A DNA stretch of 64,000 nucleotides from an uncultured Candidatus Saccharibacteria bacterium (GCA_964474825.1 CAYYWQ010000001.1:964048-1028047), one strand, 5' to 3'; numbered from the stretch's first letter, positions 53,683-62,159 are shown. Numbers and translations: made by a program. Notes: generated by a model not told the origin, from the letters alone.

Positions 53683-55071
53683 TTATCGGTCGAAAGGCAC
53701 ACACCGGTTTATGAGTTTTGCAACCCAGGAAATGAGGCCGTGGCCGCCCTGGGGAACCAGAGGAGAAGTGGCGCAGCGGCCGGAAGGCGCGTATCTGACA
53801 ATGACAAACAGGTATGCCAGATTCACCAACCAACGCTGCCAGCGTCGCGGGTGAGTAGTTGAGTTCGCGAGCCCGCAAATGTCCAGGTCGTAGAACAGCG
53901 CGGGGTTTTGGATTAGCCCTTCCGCGACTTCAGGGTTTTCATACCAGCCATCATTTCCCGGAAGAATTCCCCGGTAAACATAGGGACGTAAAACCGTGTT
54001 TGGCCAACGGTCAACAAACCAGAAGAACTGAGCAATGGTCTGCAGCAGTCTGAGAAAAACCTTGTCGGAATGCTGACCCATAACAGTGAGAACCTCGGAA
54101 CGCAATCCGAGTTGGTGGGCGAGGTTGTAGGCAGCCTCTATGTCTTCCATCTTGTTTTGCGTTTTTCCTTCCTCATCCCATTCCTCCCTGCTTGTCCCGT
54201 CGACTCCGAACCCAGCGCACCACAAGCCGCTCCGCTGGACAAGTTCGGCAAAGTTTTCGTGCTGCTCGCTGGCAGCCAGAAATGTGCCCATGCAGGTCAG
54301 ACAGCGTGTCCGTAACTGCACACCGGTCTCTTCCTGTTCCTCGGCCATAGCTTTCATATACTGAAATATAGCCTTGGGTGTCTGAAAGAAGTCCAGGTTG
54401 GAAGCGTAGCACTCCAATTTGCAGATCCCAAAGCTCTGGGCCTTTTTCAAAAGGAACCGCAAGTCATTTCGAAAGGCAGTTAGGTCGCGGAAAGTTTCTT
54501 TTTGCCCCTTGGATGCGGAACACCATTTACATTTGTATATGCAACCCTGCGAGAGCACGAGAGAGAATTCGTGTTCCAAATATTTCCGCAGGCGTTCGTT
54601 ACCCATATGCTCCCAAACCGGTTGGTAAGGGATTTCGTAGGCAGAAGGCAACGCGCCGAATAGTTGCGCGTGGTCATTCTCGCTGGCGACCTGAAGAGCG
54701 GTAGTGCCGAACACAGTACGGAACTGCTCTTTGGAGAAATGAGATGTTACTTGGCCACCCAAGACAACTTTTGCGTGCGGATATCGACGTGAGGTTTGCT
54801 TGGCAAATTTGATCGCCCGCGGGATTCCAGGAGAACCCATGACCGAAGCGCCAATTACATCGGCACCGGAGAACAAGCTAGAGACACGCTCGTCGCCGGG
54901 CTTGTCGATGTTGAAATCGACAATATCCACCTTATGGCCAACGGCCATCAATTGCGCAGCTATAGCCACAACAGAACCGGACATGTAAACCTTTTTCCCA
55001 TAAGGGTACCCCAGATCCACCAGGACAACCTTTTGGGGTTTTACCGAAGACTGCAAAATCGTAAAGCTCAT
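53683..55071 (-). CDS. B12-binding domain / radical SAM domain protein (class B radical SAM), paralog 1
   Basis: N-terminal cobalamin-binding-like domain (VVLVDLGY...KVVLGGQVTSH) and a radical-SAM Cys triad GCIYKCKWC (CxxxCxxC). GC ~55%. SD AAGGAGG lies 7 nt upstream of the ATG. Confidence 0.8.
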   Translation of the reverse strand: MSFTILQSSVKPQKVVLVDLGYPYGKKVYMSGSVVAIAAQLMAVGHKVDIVDFNIDKPGDERVSSLFSGADVIGASVMGSPGIPRAIKFAKQTSRRYPHAKVVLGGQVTSHFSKEQFRTVFGTTALQVASENDHAQLFGALPSAYEIPYQPVWEHMGNERLRKYLEHEFSLVLSQGCIYKCKWCSASKGQKETFRDLTAFRNDLRFLLKKAQSFGICKLECYASNLDFFQTPKAIFQYMKAMAEEQEETGVQLRTRCLTCMGTFLAASEQHENFAELVQRSGLWCAGFGVDGTSREEWDEEGKTQNKMEDIEAAYNLAHQLGLRSEVLTVMGQHSDKVFLRLLQTIAQFFWFVDRWPNTVLRPYVYRGILPGNDGWYENPEVAEGLIQNPALFYDLDICGLANSTTHPRRWQRWLVNLAYLFVIVRYAPSGRCATSPLVPQGGHGLISWVAKLINRCVPFDR

Positions 55072-55148
55072 CTGAAGACCTCCTTAAGGTTTTCATAAGG
55101 CTTCTAGAATTGCCTTATCAAAACCCTTAGATTTTGCAGTCTTGGACT

Positions 55149-55182
55149 AGCTAATTTAGCATATTTTTGCTAGATTGTCAAT
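55149..55182. promoter_or_regulatory. Palindromic operator-like motifs AGCTAATTTAGC and ATTGTCAAT in divergent promoter region
   Basis: Both palindromes recur in the homologous intergenic region at 58521..58559. Confidence 0.45.
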
Positions 55183-55259
55183 CTATATGGTCAATTCGTA
55201 TTCTAAATTTCCTTTAAATAAAGCCTTAATTTGTATATACTAGATTTTGTTCAAAGGTG

Positions 55260-55288
55260 TTGACACAAATGAAAAAATAGGCTATACT
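55260..55288 (+). promoter_or_regulatory. Sigma70 consensus promoter TTGACA-17-TATACT (near-leaderless TrmB paralog 2)
   Basis: The -10 ends only 9 nt before the ATG at 55298. Confidence 0.5.
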
Positions 55289-55297
55289 TATATTGCC

Positions 55298-56068
55298 ATG
55301 ATAAATATTCCAAAAAACCTAAGAGATTCGCTTCTTTCTATGAATTTTTCTGAGAAAGAAGCAGACGTGTATCTTGCACTTTTGGAATTGGGCAAAGGAA
55401 CGGTTTCAGTTATTGCGCGTAAGGCAAATTTAAATAGAACCACTGGTTACCATATTTTGGACTCCCTAAGTGCCAAGGGTTTGGTTAGTGTGTCGGGGAA
55501 AGAACCTCTGCAAGAGTTTGTCGCTGAATCACCAGAAAAAATTACTGAACTGCTGCAAAAAAAATTTATTGAGTACGAAAATTATTTAAAGCAGGCCAAA
55601 GAAACTGTACCCCAATTAAAATCTTTTCATAATATTTCGGACAGGCCCAAGGTTAGATTTTACGAAGGCAAGCAAGGCCTAATAGATGTTTACGAAGACA
55701 CCTTAACCTCTCATGAACCACTGCGCGCTTTTGCTAATTTTGACGACATGCACAAAGCGCTGCCCGATTATTTCCCTTCCTATTATTTGCGTCGCTCAAA
55801 AAAAGGTTTAAATATTCGCGGAGTAGTACCAGTAACACCTCAGGCACTGGAACGACAAAAATTTAACAAGGAAGAAGCCAGGGAAATGACATTTGTGCCG
55901 TATGATAAATATTATTTTTCTCCCGAAATAGACATGTATGACAACAAGCTCATGATTGCTTCGTGGAAAGAAAAACTGGGAATAATAATAGAGAGCAAGG
56001 AAATAGCAGATGCCATGAAAAAAATATTTGAACTGGCATGGCTAGGAGCAAAAGCTTTAAATAAATAA
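55298..56068 (+). CDS. TrmB-family transcriptional regulator (paralog 2)
   Basis: MINIPKNLRDSLLSMNFSEKEADVYLALLELGKGTVSVIARKANLNRTTGYHILDSLSAKGLV. Highly similar to paralog 3 at 58661..59479 (for example VRFYEGKQGL..VYEDTLTSHE, MIASWKEKLGIIIESKEIADAMKKIFELAW). Confidence 0.75.
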   Translation: MINIPKNLRDSLLSMNFSEKEADVYLALLELGKGTVSVIARKANLNRTTGYHILDSLSAKGLVSVSGKEPLQEFVAESPEKITELLQKKFIEYENYLKQAKETVPQLKSFHNISDRPKVRFYEGKQGLIDVYEDTLTSHEPLRAFANFDDMHKALPDYFPSYYLRRSKKGLNIRGVVPVTPQALERQKFNKEEAREMTFVPYDKYYFSPEIDMYDNKLMIASWKEKLGIIIESKEIADAMKKIFELAWLGAKALNK

Positions 56069-56073
56069 AAACA

Positions 56074-56098
56074 GAGCAGGGCCGCGGGGGTCCTGCTC
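56074..56098. terminator. GC-rich hairpin terminator (copy 2 of duplicated pair)
   Basis: GAGCAGGGCC-GCGGG-GGTCCTGCTC. Confidence 0.6.
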
Positions 56099-56122
56099 TT
56101 AAAGTTTGGGGACAAGCCCCAA

Positions 56123-58267
56123 TTACAACAAAGTTTGTGCGAACTTGACCGCTTCGGGCCAAGTTTTAAAGTCAGCGTTAATGCCAAGCTCCGTCCGAAT
56201 AACCGTCCTAATTTGTCCGAGGCGGTCATTTAACAAATGCGGAACGTCGGGCTCGGGAGGGTATTGATCGGCCGCAATTGCGGCCATCTCCCGAAGCTCG
56301 GCCCAGGTAAAGCGTGAGCGGTTGACCCACCACGGAATAGTGGAGGTCACTTTATACGCCCAGTGGGTGCGACACGCCTGCTCGAGAATGTCACGGAGGG
56401 CGTCGACCTTGGTGATGGAAGTAACCCTAGTATTGGAAGTACGCAAGTAATCGAAATCACGATTGACCCGCATAGGCTTCTTGTCTTCCAAGACCCGGAT
56501 GTAGTCTGAGTGAGATCCGTTTATCTCCTCCGGTGACAACCGCATGAGGCGGTAGCGACCAGATTTGATAGTTAGGATAGAGTCGCCGTGTTCCGCAAGG
56601 AAACCAATCCACTTAAAACCAACGTGGAGAGGTTCGCCGGGAATACCCACCATGAGAAAGACATGGGTGTGGATTCCGGCATTCTTGAAATTGGCCAGAA
56701 TGGCCCCGTAGTTCTTGGGCTTGTTCCAACCCTTAAACTCCCGGAGCAGCGTATTTGGGTCGAGCGATTCAAGGCCGAGCTGCACTGAGCGGCAGCCGGC
56801 TGTGTAGAGGTCACGGGCAACGGCCGGATCGGTCAACTTACGATTGGCCGGATTCTCCATTGTCACATAGCACTGCCATGTTGCCTCGTAACCAATACGG
56901 CGAAGTTCGGCGCCGAGTTCCAGTTGGAAATCGTAACGGAAGAGCTCATCGACAATGTCGAACTTGCTCTCACCGGTCGCGGCCATGTCCTCCGCAATTT
57001 TCCGCGGCGACATAAAGCGAGGCGCTCCCAAATGCGTGTCGCTCTGCCCCGAAATGGCGCAGAAACCACAGCGCTTGCGACAATTGGAAGCGGTGTAGAG
57101 CGTAAGAACCGGATCGGGCGACCAAGGCTTTGCCTCGCCGTCGAAATGCGGCGTGGGCAAATCCTTAAACTCGGTTGGCGTAGCAGTTGGGGGATTAACT
57201 GTAACCACACCGCTATTCAGCCAAGCAGTTCCCGATGCCGCGCTAGGGTCAAGTGTTGAAACCAATTCCGTGAGTGGCTGATAGCCCTCCCGATAAACAA
57301 TGGCGTCTACGAAGCCGAAAAATTCGACAAACTCTTGCTCGCTAAACGCCTTAGTCAGTCTGGGCCAAATATTTCCGCCGAGAACCACCAGAGTATTAGG
57401 CAACGCTTCCTTTATTAGCGAAGCGAGGACCAGGCCCGGAATGAGTTGCCGTTCGTCGCTGGTAGAAATCCCATATACGTCCGGCTGAAAGTCGCGTGCG
57501 ACCGGCAGCTCAACGTTCATGAAATATTCGTACCAGAGATTCTTTTCGCGAGACATAAGGGCCTTAAGCGTACCCTCAATGCTGCCGTCTTGCGTCGCGC
57601 CTTGGTAGACGACATTATTGCGTTCATAAAAGAACCTGTCCTCTGTTTTTATGTCGCGCGAGATTTGTTCGAACCTGATGCGAGCGGCATAGTAACCCGC
57701 AAGAGTTGGCTTTGCGTTAGGGCCGCGGATGTTGTTGAGCAACTTCTCAACATCCTCCCCGCCGTGCGCCTTGAGCAAATACTCAAGGCCAATAATATGT
57801 CCGTAGCGCTGGCGTACATTGTGCCCCCGCTGGCGAAGCACTGCCGTAAGCTGCGTGGTCCCGCCCGGATGATGCCAAACGGAATACGCGGGAGCGTTAT
57901 ACAGAATGACTTTCCGCGGCTTCATGAGCGCCACCACGGAGAGCAGAGGTTCGGGCTTGATGGCCGTAATCTTGCGGAACGACATAGTAAGCTGTCTCCT
58001 TGGTGTAAGTGGTGTGCGTACATGAGTGGTGTCCAGGATCTGTCTAAAAACCGACACGGGTTCATAGTAAGTCCTGGATTCCCCGACCGGAACCTCGGCC
58101 GTAGCACGGCAGACGCCGTCCTTGTTGGGTGAGAGGCATACCCACGCGGGCACGTTGCCATTTGAGTTCCATCGGCTGTAATACTTCCAGTCAACGGTTA
58201 CCGCGCTCTTTACCTCAATGTTGAAGAGGTTTAGAACACAAAAGATCGCGAGAATTCTGATTTTCAT
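56123..58267 (-). CDS. B12-binding domain / radical SAM domain protein, paralog 2, with ~94-aa N-terminal signal-peptide-like extension and long C-terminal extension
   Basis: Radical-SAM triad NCRKRCGFC and a B12-binding-like region (TLVVLGGNIW). The N-terminus MSFRKITAIKPEP (ATG at 57985, SD AAGGAG 9-10 nt upstream) is homologous to the paralog 1 start MSFTILQSSVKPQ. The in-frame upstream segment starts MKIRILAIFCVLNLFNIEV (ATG at 58267), which overlaps the stop of the upstream small ORF as ATGA. GC ~53%. Confidence 0.75.
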   Translation of the reverse strand: MKIRILAIFCVLNLFNIEVKSAVTVDWKYYSRWNSNGNVPAWVCLSPNKDGVCRATAEVPVGESRTYYEPVSVFRQILDTTHVRTPLTPRRQLTMSFRKITAIKPEPLLSVVALMKPRKVILYNAPAYSVWHHPGGTTQLTAVLRQRGHNVRQRYGHIIGLEYLLKAHGGEDVEKLLNNIRGPNAKPTLAGYYAARIRFEQISRDIKTEDRFFYERNNVVYQGATQDGSIEGTLKALMSREKNLWYEYFMNVELPVARDFQPDVYGISTSDERQLIPGLVLASLIKEALPNTLVVLGGNIWPRLTKAFSEQEFVEFFGFVDAIVYREGYQPLTELVSTLDPSAASGTAWLNSGVVTVNPPTATPTEFKDLPTPHFDGEAKPWSPDPVLTLYTASNCRKRCGFCAISGQSDTHLGAPRFMSPRKIAEDMAATGESKFDIVDELFRYDFQLELGAELRRIGYEATWQCYVTMENPANRKLTDPAVARDLYTAGCRSVQLGLESLDPNTLLREFKGWNKPKNYGAILANFKNAGIHTHVFLMVGIPGEPLHVGFKWIGFLAEHGDSILTIKSGRYRLMRLSPEEINGSHSDYIRVLEDKKPMRVNRDFDYLRTSNTRVTSITKVDALRDILEQACRTHWAYKVTSTIPWWVNRSRFTWAELREMAAIAADQYPPEPDVPHLLNDRLGQIRTVIRTELGINADFKTWPEAVKFAQTLL

Positions 58268-58476
58268 TTTTTTACCTTTCCTAATCCTGACATGCTCACA
58301 GCAACAACACTTGCCAAGCCAAACGTAATACAAACTACTGCCACAGCAGCTCCCACTTGCTGCACAACGACCTCCGCTGTATGGCCGGTGAGCCACAACA
58401 CTGTTACACCTATTGAGAACAATACCCAACTAACCGACCGCAGATATGAGGCTAGCTTTTGTTCTAACTCCTTCAT
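58264..58476 (-). CDS. Small two-TM membrane protein, translationally coupled to radical SAM paralog 2
   Basis: MKELEQKLASYLRSVSWVLFSIGVTVLWLTGH...VVCITFGLASVVAVSMSGLGKVKK. Strong SD AGGAGG 5 nt upstream of the ATG at 58476. Its stop codon TGA overlaps the downstream ATG. Confidence 0.5.
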   Translation of the reverse strand: MKELEQKLASYLRSVSWVLFSIGVTVLWLTGHTAEVVVQQVGAAVAVVCITFGLASVVAVSMSGLGKVKK

Positions 58477-58520
58477 GTGGTCCTCCTTTAGGACTAAGCA
58501 ATCTAACATAAATTGTTAAT

Positions 58521-58559
58521 ATTGTCAATAGTTATTTACTATACTTAAGCTAATTTAGC
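58521..58559. promoter_or_regulatory. Palindromic operator-like motifs ATTGTCAAT and AGCTAATTTAGC (second copy)
   Basis: Same two palindromes as 55149..55182, in the opposite order relative to the flanking genes. Confidence 0.45.
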
Positions 58560-58607
58560 TTATAATTAAAGCTTAAATAGACATTAAAATATTATTGTGA
58601 ATAAATA

Positions 58608-58636
58608 TTGACACAATCTGTTATACAAGCTATAAT
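58608..58636 (+). promoter_or_regulatory. Sigma70 consensus promoter TTGACA-17-TATAAT for TrmB paralog 3
   Basis: Perfect consensus hexamers with a 17-nt spacer. ATG at 58661. Confidence 0.5.
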
Positions 58637-58660
58637 AAATAGGCCATTAATTACAAACAA

Positions 58661-59479
58661 ATGCCTCAGAATAATTTTGAATTACAAAAAGCCTTGCTTT
58701 CGTTAAATTTTACGGAAAAAGAAGCCAGTGTTTATTTGGCTTTGCTGGAACTGGGTCAGGGTAGCGTGTCGGAAATTGCCCGGAAGGCGAACATTAACAG
58801 AACTTACGGCTACAATATTCTTTCCACGCTGGCGGGGAAAGGCTTGGTAAATATTTCCGGAAAAGAACCTAAACAGGAATACGCGGCTGAGTCTCCGGAT
58901 AAAATTAAAGATTTGCTAAAAGCGGAAATTATTAAAAATCAGGAATTTTTAAAACAGGCCGACGGAGTCATTCCGCAGTTAAAATCTATTCATAGTATTC
59001 GGGGACGCCCACAGGTCCGCTTTTACGAAGGCAAGGAAGGTCTGCAACAAGTTTATGAAGATACATTAACTTCACATGGAACTATATTGGCTTACGCCAG
59101 CGTGGAAGACGTACACCAAACCCTGCCCGGCTATTTTCCAGATTATTATTTTCGCCGCGCGGACAAAGGCATCCCAATACGCGCAATTTTTCCCGATTCC
59201 CCCGAAGCCGAAGAACTTATTAAATCAAACAAAGCTCAAAAAAGAGAAACAGCATTAGTACCGCCGGACAAGTTTTCTTTTTCTCCGGAAATAAATATTT
59301 ACGACAATAAAGTCATGATTGCCTCTTGGCGGGAGAAGTTAGGGGTCGTTATAGAAAGCGGCGAGATTGCGGACGCAATGAAAAAAATATTTGAACTGGC
59401 GTGGGCTCAAGCGAAGAGTTTAGAAAAAAATATTAAAGCAAAAAATACCCCTAGACAACTAGGAAAAAATCTGCTATAA
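58661..59479 (+). CDS. TrmB-family transcriptional regulator (paralog 3)
   Basis: LSLNFTEKEASVYLALLELGQGSVSEIARKANINRTYGYNILSTLAGKGLV plus a TrmB C-terminal domain. Closest to paralog 2. Confidence 0.75.
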   Translation: MPQNNFELQKALLSLNFTEKEASVYLALLELGQGSVSEIARKANINRTYGYNILSTLAGKGLVNISGKEPKQEYAAESPDKIKDLLKAEIIKNQEFLKQADGVIPQLKSIHSIRGRPQVRFYEGKEGLQQVYEDTLTSHGTILAYASVEDVHQTLPGYFPDYYFRRADKGIPIRAIFPDSPEAEELIKSNKAQKRETALVPPDKFSFSPEINIYDNKVMIASWREKLGVVIESGEIADAMKKIFELAWAQAKSLEKNIKAKNTPRQLGKNLL

Positions 59480-59782
59480 TACATATAGAAAAGTGAGTTC
59501 TTCTTACGAAGAAACAAAAATAAAAAACAAATCAATAAAACTACTCAAGCAGTCACCTGCTCAATTTATCGCCCATATTTTTATGGCGATTGGCTATAAG
59601 GTCTGCTTATAGCTATATTCTTCTTCTAGCTTTTCTTGAAAGCTCCTACTCAAGCCTTTATTCCCCTGACGGGGTTGGCTATACGACTAGGGGCTTTTAG
59701 TTTGGCCAAATGGTGCAAATATCTTAGTTTTGTGCTAATCTACAAATTGCATTATCTAAAAAACCTAATCAAATACAAAAAT

Positions 59783-60061
59783 ATGGACCAAGACGACATA
59801 AAAGATTTATATAATGAAAAGTACCGCAAGCTTTTGGGCATTAAATACGAAGAATGGCAGGACACTGGTCCCCAAAACGAGGGGGAAGCTTACGCAAGAC
59901 TTCAAGAAATAGACGAAGAGTTAAAAAATTCCTACGACGAGTGGTATGAATCCGAAGGCGACACTAAAGAAGAGCTGGGCGAACACCGCGACAAATTAAA
60001 AGCAGAATACGACTTTTTGGAAGAAGCTTTTGGACTCGAGGCTCCGGACAAAAACTGGTGA
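59783..60061 (+). CDS. Hypothetical acidic protein (92 aa from MDQDD)
   Basis: Internal ATG start with acidic coiled-coil-like composition. The ORF-track 5' extension (TTG start) looks non-coding. Confidence 0.35.
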   Translation: MDQDDIKDLYNEKYRKLLGIKYEEWQDTGPQNEGEAYARLQEIDEELKNSYDEWYESEGDTKEELGEHRDKLKAEYDFLEEAFGLEAPDKNW

Positions 60062-60142
60062 TCTCTACTAAATACGAAAAGCACTAAAAATACTAAATCT
60101 GCTTTTTCGTACCTTTAGTATATTTTAGTATTTAGTAGAAAA
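60062..60142. repeat. Heptamer-tandem (ACTAAAT units) palindromic terminator-like element
   Basis: CTACTAAATACGAAAAGCACTAAAAATACTAAATCTGCTTTTTCGTACCTTTAGTATATTTTAGTATTTAGTAG. Related to 33362..33462. Confidence 0.5.
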
Positions 60143-60148
60143 CTTTTT

Positions 60149-60817
60149 ATGTTATATGTTGTTTCAACGCCGATTGGCAATCTTGGTGATATTTCAATAA
60201 GAGCAATAGATACTCTAAAAAGTTGTGCTTTTGTAATTGCAGAAAATCCCCATTATTCAAAAAGGCTACTAGAACATGTTGGCGCTTGGCCAAAAGAAAT
60301 GGTACAGTTTGCGGAATTTAACGAACAACAGGTTGTAAAAGAGCTAACACGCCGCCTTTCTAAATTAGATGGCGCACTAATTAGCGACGCAGGCACGCCG
60401 GGAATTAGTGACCCGGGGTTTAGGCTGGTAAGGGAGTGTGTTAAAGAACAAGTACAAATTGTGCCAATTCCCGGAGCCAATGCCGCCCTAGCCGCGCTTT
60501 CTGCTTCCGGCCTACCAACTGATAGATTTATGTTCTTGGGTTTTTTACAAAAAACCGCAGCAAAAACTTTGTCTGCCCTACAGGCCGCTGTGGACGCGGA
60601 AGCAACGGCAATTTTTTACGAATCCCCCGAACGGATAACAAAAACTCTAAGTTATGTGAGTAATGCATTTCCAACCTCCCAAGTTGTAATAGCAAGGGAA
60701 CTTACAAAGATGCACGAGGAATTCCTGCGCGGCACACCAATGCAAGTAATGGATTTGTTAAAAGAAAAAGCTTCAATCAAAGGAGAACTCACAGTTTTAA
60801 TTTCTTTCAAATCATAA
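60149..60817 (+). CDS. rsmI: 16S rRNA (cytidine1402-2'-O)-methyltransferase RsmI
   Basis: LYVVSTPIGNLGDISIRAIDTLKSCAFVIAE N-terminus, tetrapyrrole-methylase fold, and DAGTPGISDPG. Confidence 0.85.
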   Translation: MLYVVSTPIGNLGDISIRAIDTLKSCAFVIAENPHYSKRLLEHVGAWPKEMVQFAEFNEQQVVKELTRRLSKLDGALISDAGTPGISDPGFRLVRECVKEQVQIVPIPGANAALAALSASGLPTDRFMFLGFLQKTAAKTLSALQAAVDAEATAIFYESPERITKTLSYVSNAFPTSQVVIARELTKMHEEFLRGTPMQVMDLLKEKASIKGELTVLISFKS

Positions 60818-60845
60818 ATCCTAAATCTTACATCATAAATCTGTT

Positions 60846-61553
60846 ATGTCCGGTCACAGCAAATGGTCACAAATTAAAAGGACTAAAGGCGTTTTGGACC
60901 AAAAACGCGGACTTTTATTTTCCAAATTAGGAAAGAAAATAAGCATAGCTGCTAAAGACGGCGGGGACCCGAACAGCAATTTTAAACTAAAAAGCGCAGT
61001 GGAATATGCCAAGGCGCAGGGAATGCCCAACGACAATATAGACAGGGCAATAAAAAATGCGGCACAATCGGCTACCTCTACTAAAGAAGTGGTCTACGAA
61101 GGCTACGGGCCTTTTGGGACGGCGTTTTTAATAGAAGCGGCAACAGACAACACTAACCGCACCAGCAATGAAATAAAACATATTTTTTCCAAACACAGCG
61201 GCAACATGGGCGCGCAGGGAAGCGTGGCCTGGCAGTTTTCTACCAAGGGACAAATTTTAGTTGAGCGTGATGATAAAATTTCTGATATTGAAATGGCGGC
61301 GATTGATGCCGGAGCAGAAGACGTTCGTGAATCCGCGGAAGGCTTGGAGGTTTACACCAAACCGCTGGAACTACAAAAAATTAAAGAAGCTTTACTTTCT
61401 GCCGGAGCAAAAATTGCGCAGGCGGACATTATAAAAGAATCCTCTCAAGGCACAGACCTTACGGAAGAACAGAAACCAAAGGTAGACGCATTATTTGCGG
61501 AGCTGGAGAATGATGAAGACGTAATTGCGGTACATACTAGTGCAAATTTATAA
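60846..61553 (+). CDS. YebC/PmpR-family transcriptional regulator
   Basis: MSGHSKWSQIKRTKGVLDQKRGLLFSKLGKKI N-terminus. Linked to ruvC as usual. Confidence 0.9.
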   Translation: MSGHSKWSQIKRTKGVLDQKRGLLFSKLGKKISIAAKDGGDPNSNFKLKSAVEYAKAQGMPNDNIDRAIKNAAQSATSTKEVVYEGYGPFGTAFLIEAATDNTNRTSNEIKHIFSKHSGNMGAQGSVAWQFSTKGQILVERDDKISDIEMAAIDAGAEDVRESAEGLEVYTKPLELQKIKEALLSAGAKIAQADIIKESSQGTDLTEEQKPKVDALFAELENDEDVIAVHTSANL

Positions 61554-61565
61554 ACCATCACCAGT

Positions 61566-61636
61566 GTCATTCCGAGTGCATCCGAGGAATCCCTTTCTTT
61601 AAGGGATCCTTCGTCGGCTGCACTCCTCAGGATGAC
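61566..61636. repeat. GC-rich imperfect palindromic element (copy 2 of 2; see 11924..12024)
   Basis: GTCATTCCGAGTGCATCCGAGGAATCCC-TTTCTTTAA-GGGATCCTTCGTCGGCTGCACTCCTCAGGATGAC, between yebC and ruvC. Confidence 0.6.
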
Positions 61637-62159
61637 ACAGAAGGAAAGAATGGTCATACTCGGAATTGACCCCGGAACCGCCACAACTGGCTACGGAGTT
61701 ATTGCATCTACCAAGAAAAAGGACGAGTTCCAGCTCGTGGATTTTGGCGTAATTGCGACCAAAAAAGGGCTGCCTGACGCGGAACGGCTGGCAATTTTGG
61801 CTGAAGATTTAAACGAAATAATAAAAAAATATAAACCGGAATGCATTGGGGTAGAAAAACTTTTTTTAACTACTAACCAAAAAACTGTAATGACCGTTTC
61901 CCAAGCCCGGGGAGTAGTCCTGCTAACTGCCCAGCAGCACAATGCCTATATTTTAGAATTCACTCCGCTGCAAGTTAAAAATTTTATTTGCGGTTACGGC
62001 AAGGCCGAAAAAAAACAGGTACAGTATATTGTGCAAAAAACTTTTAAATTAAAAACCATTCCAAAACCTGACGATGCGGCAGACGCTTTGGCCATAGCTT
62101 TGTGTGCTGCATTCCATTTTCAAAAGCAAAAAAATTTATCCACACCTAGACACTTATAA
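61632..62159 (+). CDS. ruvC: Crossover junction endodeoxyribonuclease RuvC
   Basis: VILGIDPGTATTGYGVI N-terminus in an RNase H-like fold, with a conserved catalytic Asp/Glu pattern. Confidence 0.9.
   Translation: MTQKERMVILGIDPGTATTGYGVIASTKKKDEFQLVDFGVIATKKGLPDAERLAILAEDLNEIIKKYKPECIGVEKLFLTTNQKTVMTVSQARGVVLLTAQQHNAYILEFTPLQVKNFICGYGKAEKKQVQYIVQKTFKLKTIPKPDDAADALAIALCAAFHFQKQKNLSTPRHL

Noticed and set aside
53603-54704. Multiple 60-110-aa ORFs on both strands within the radical SAM genes (for example 53603..53878, 54173..54412, 54378..54704).
   Set aside because: GC-rich sequence generates long spurious open frames. All overlap the radical SAM reading frames, which have clear domain signatures.
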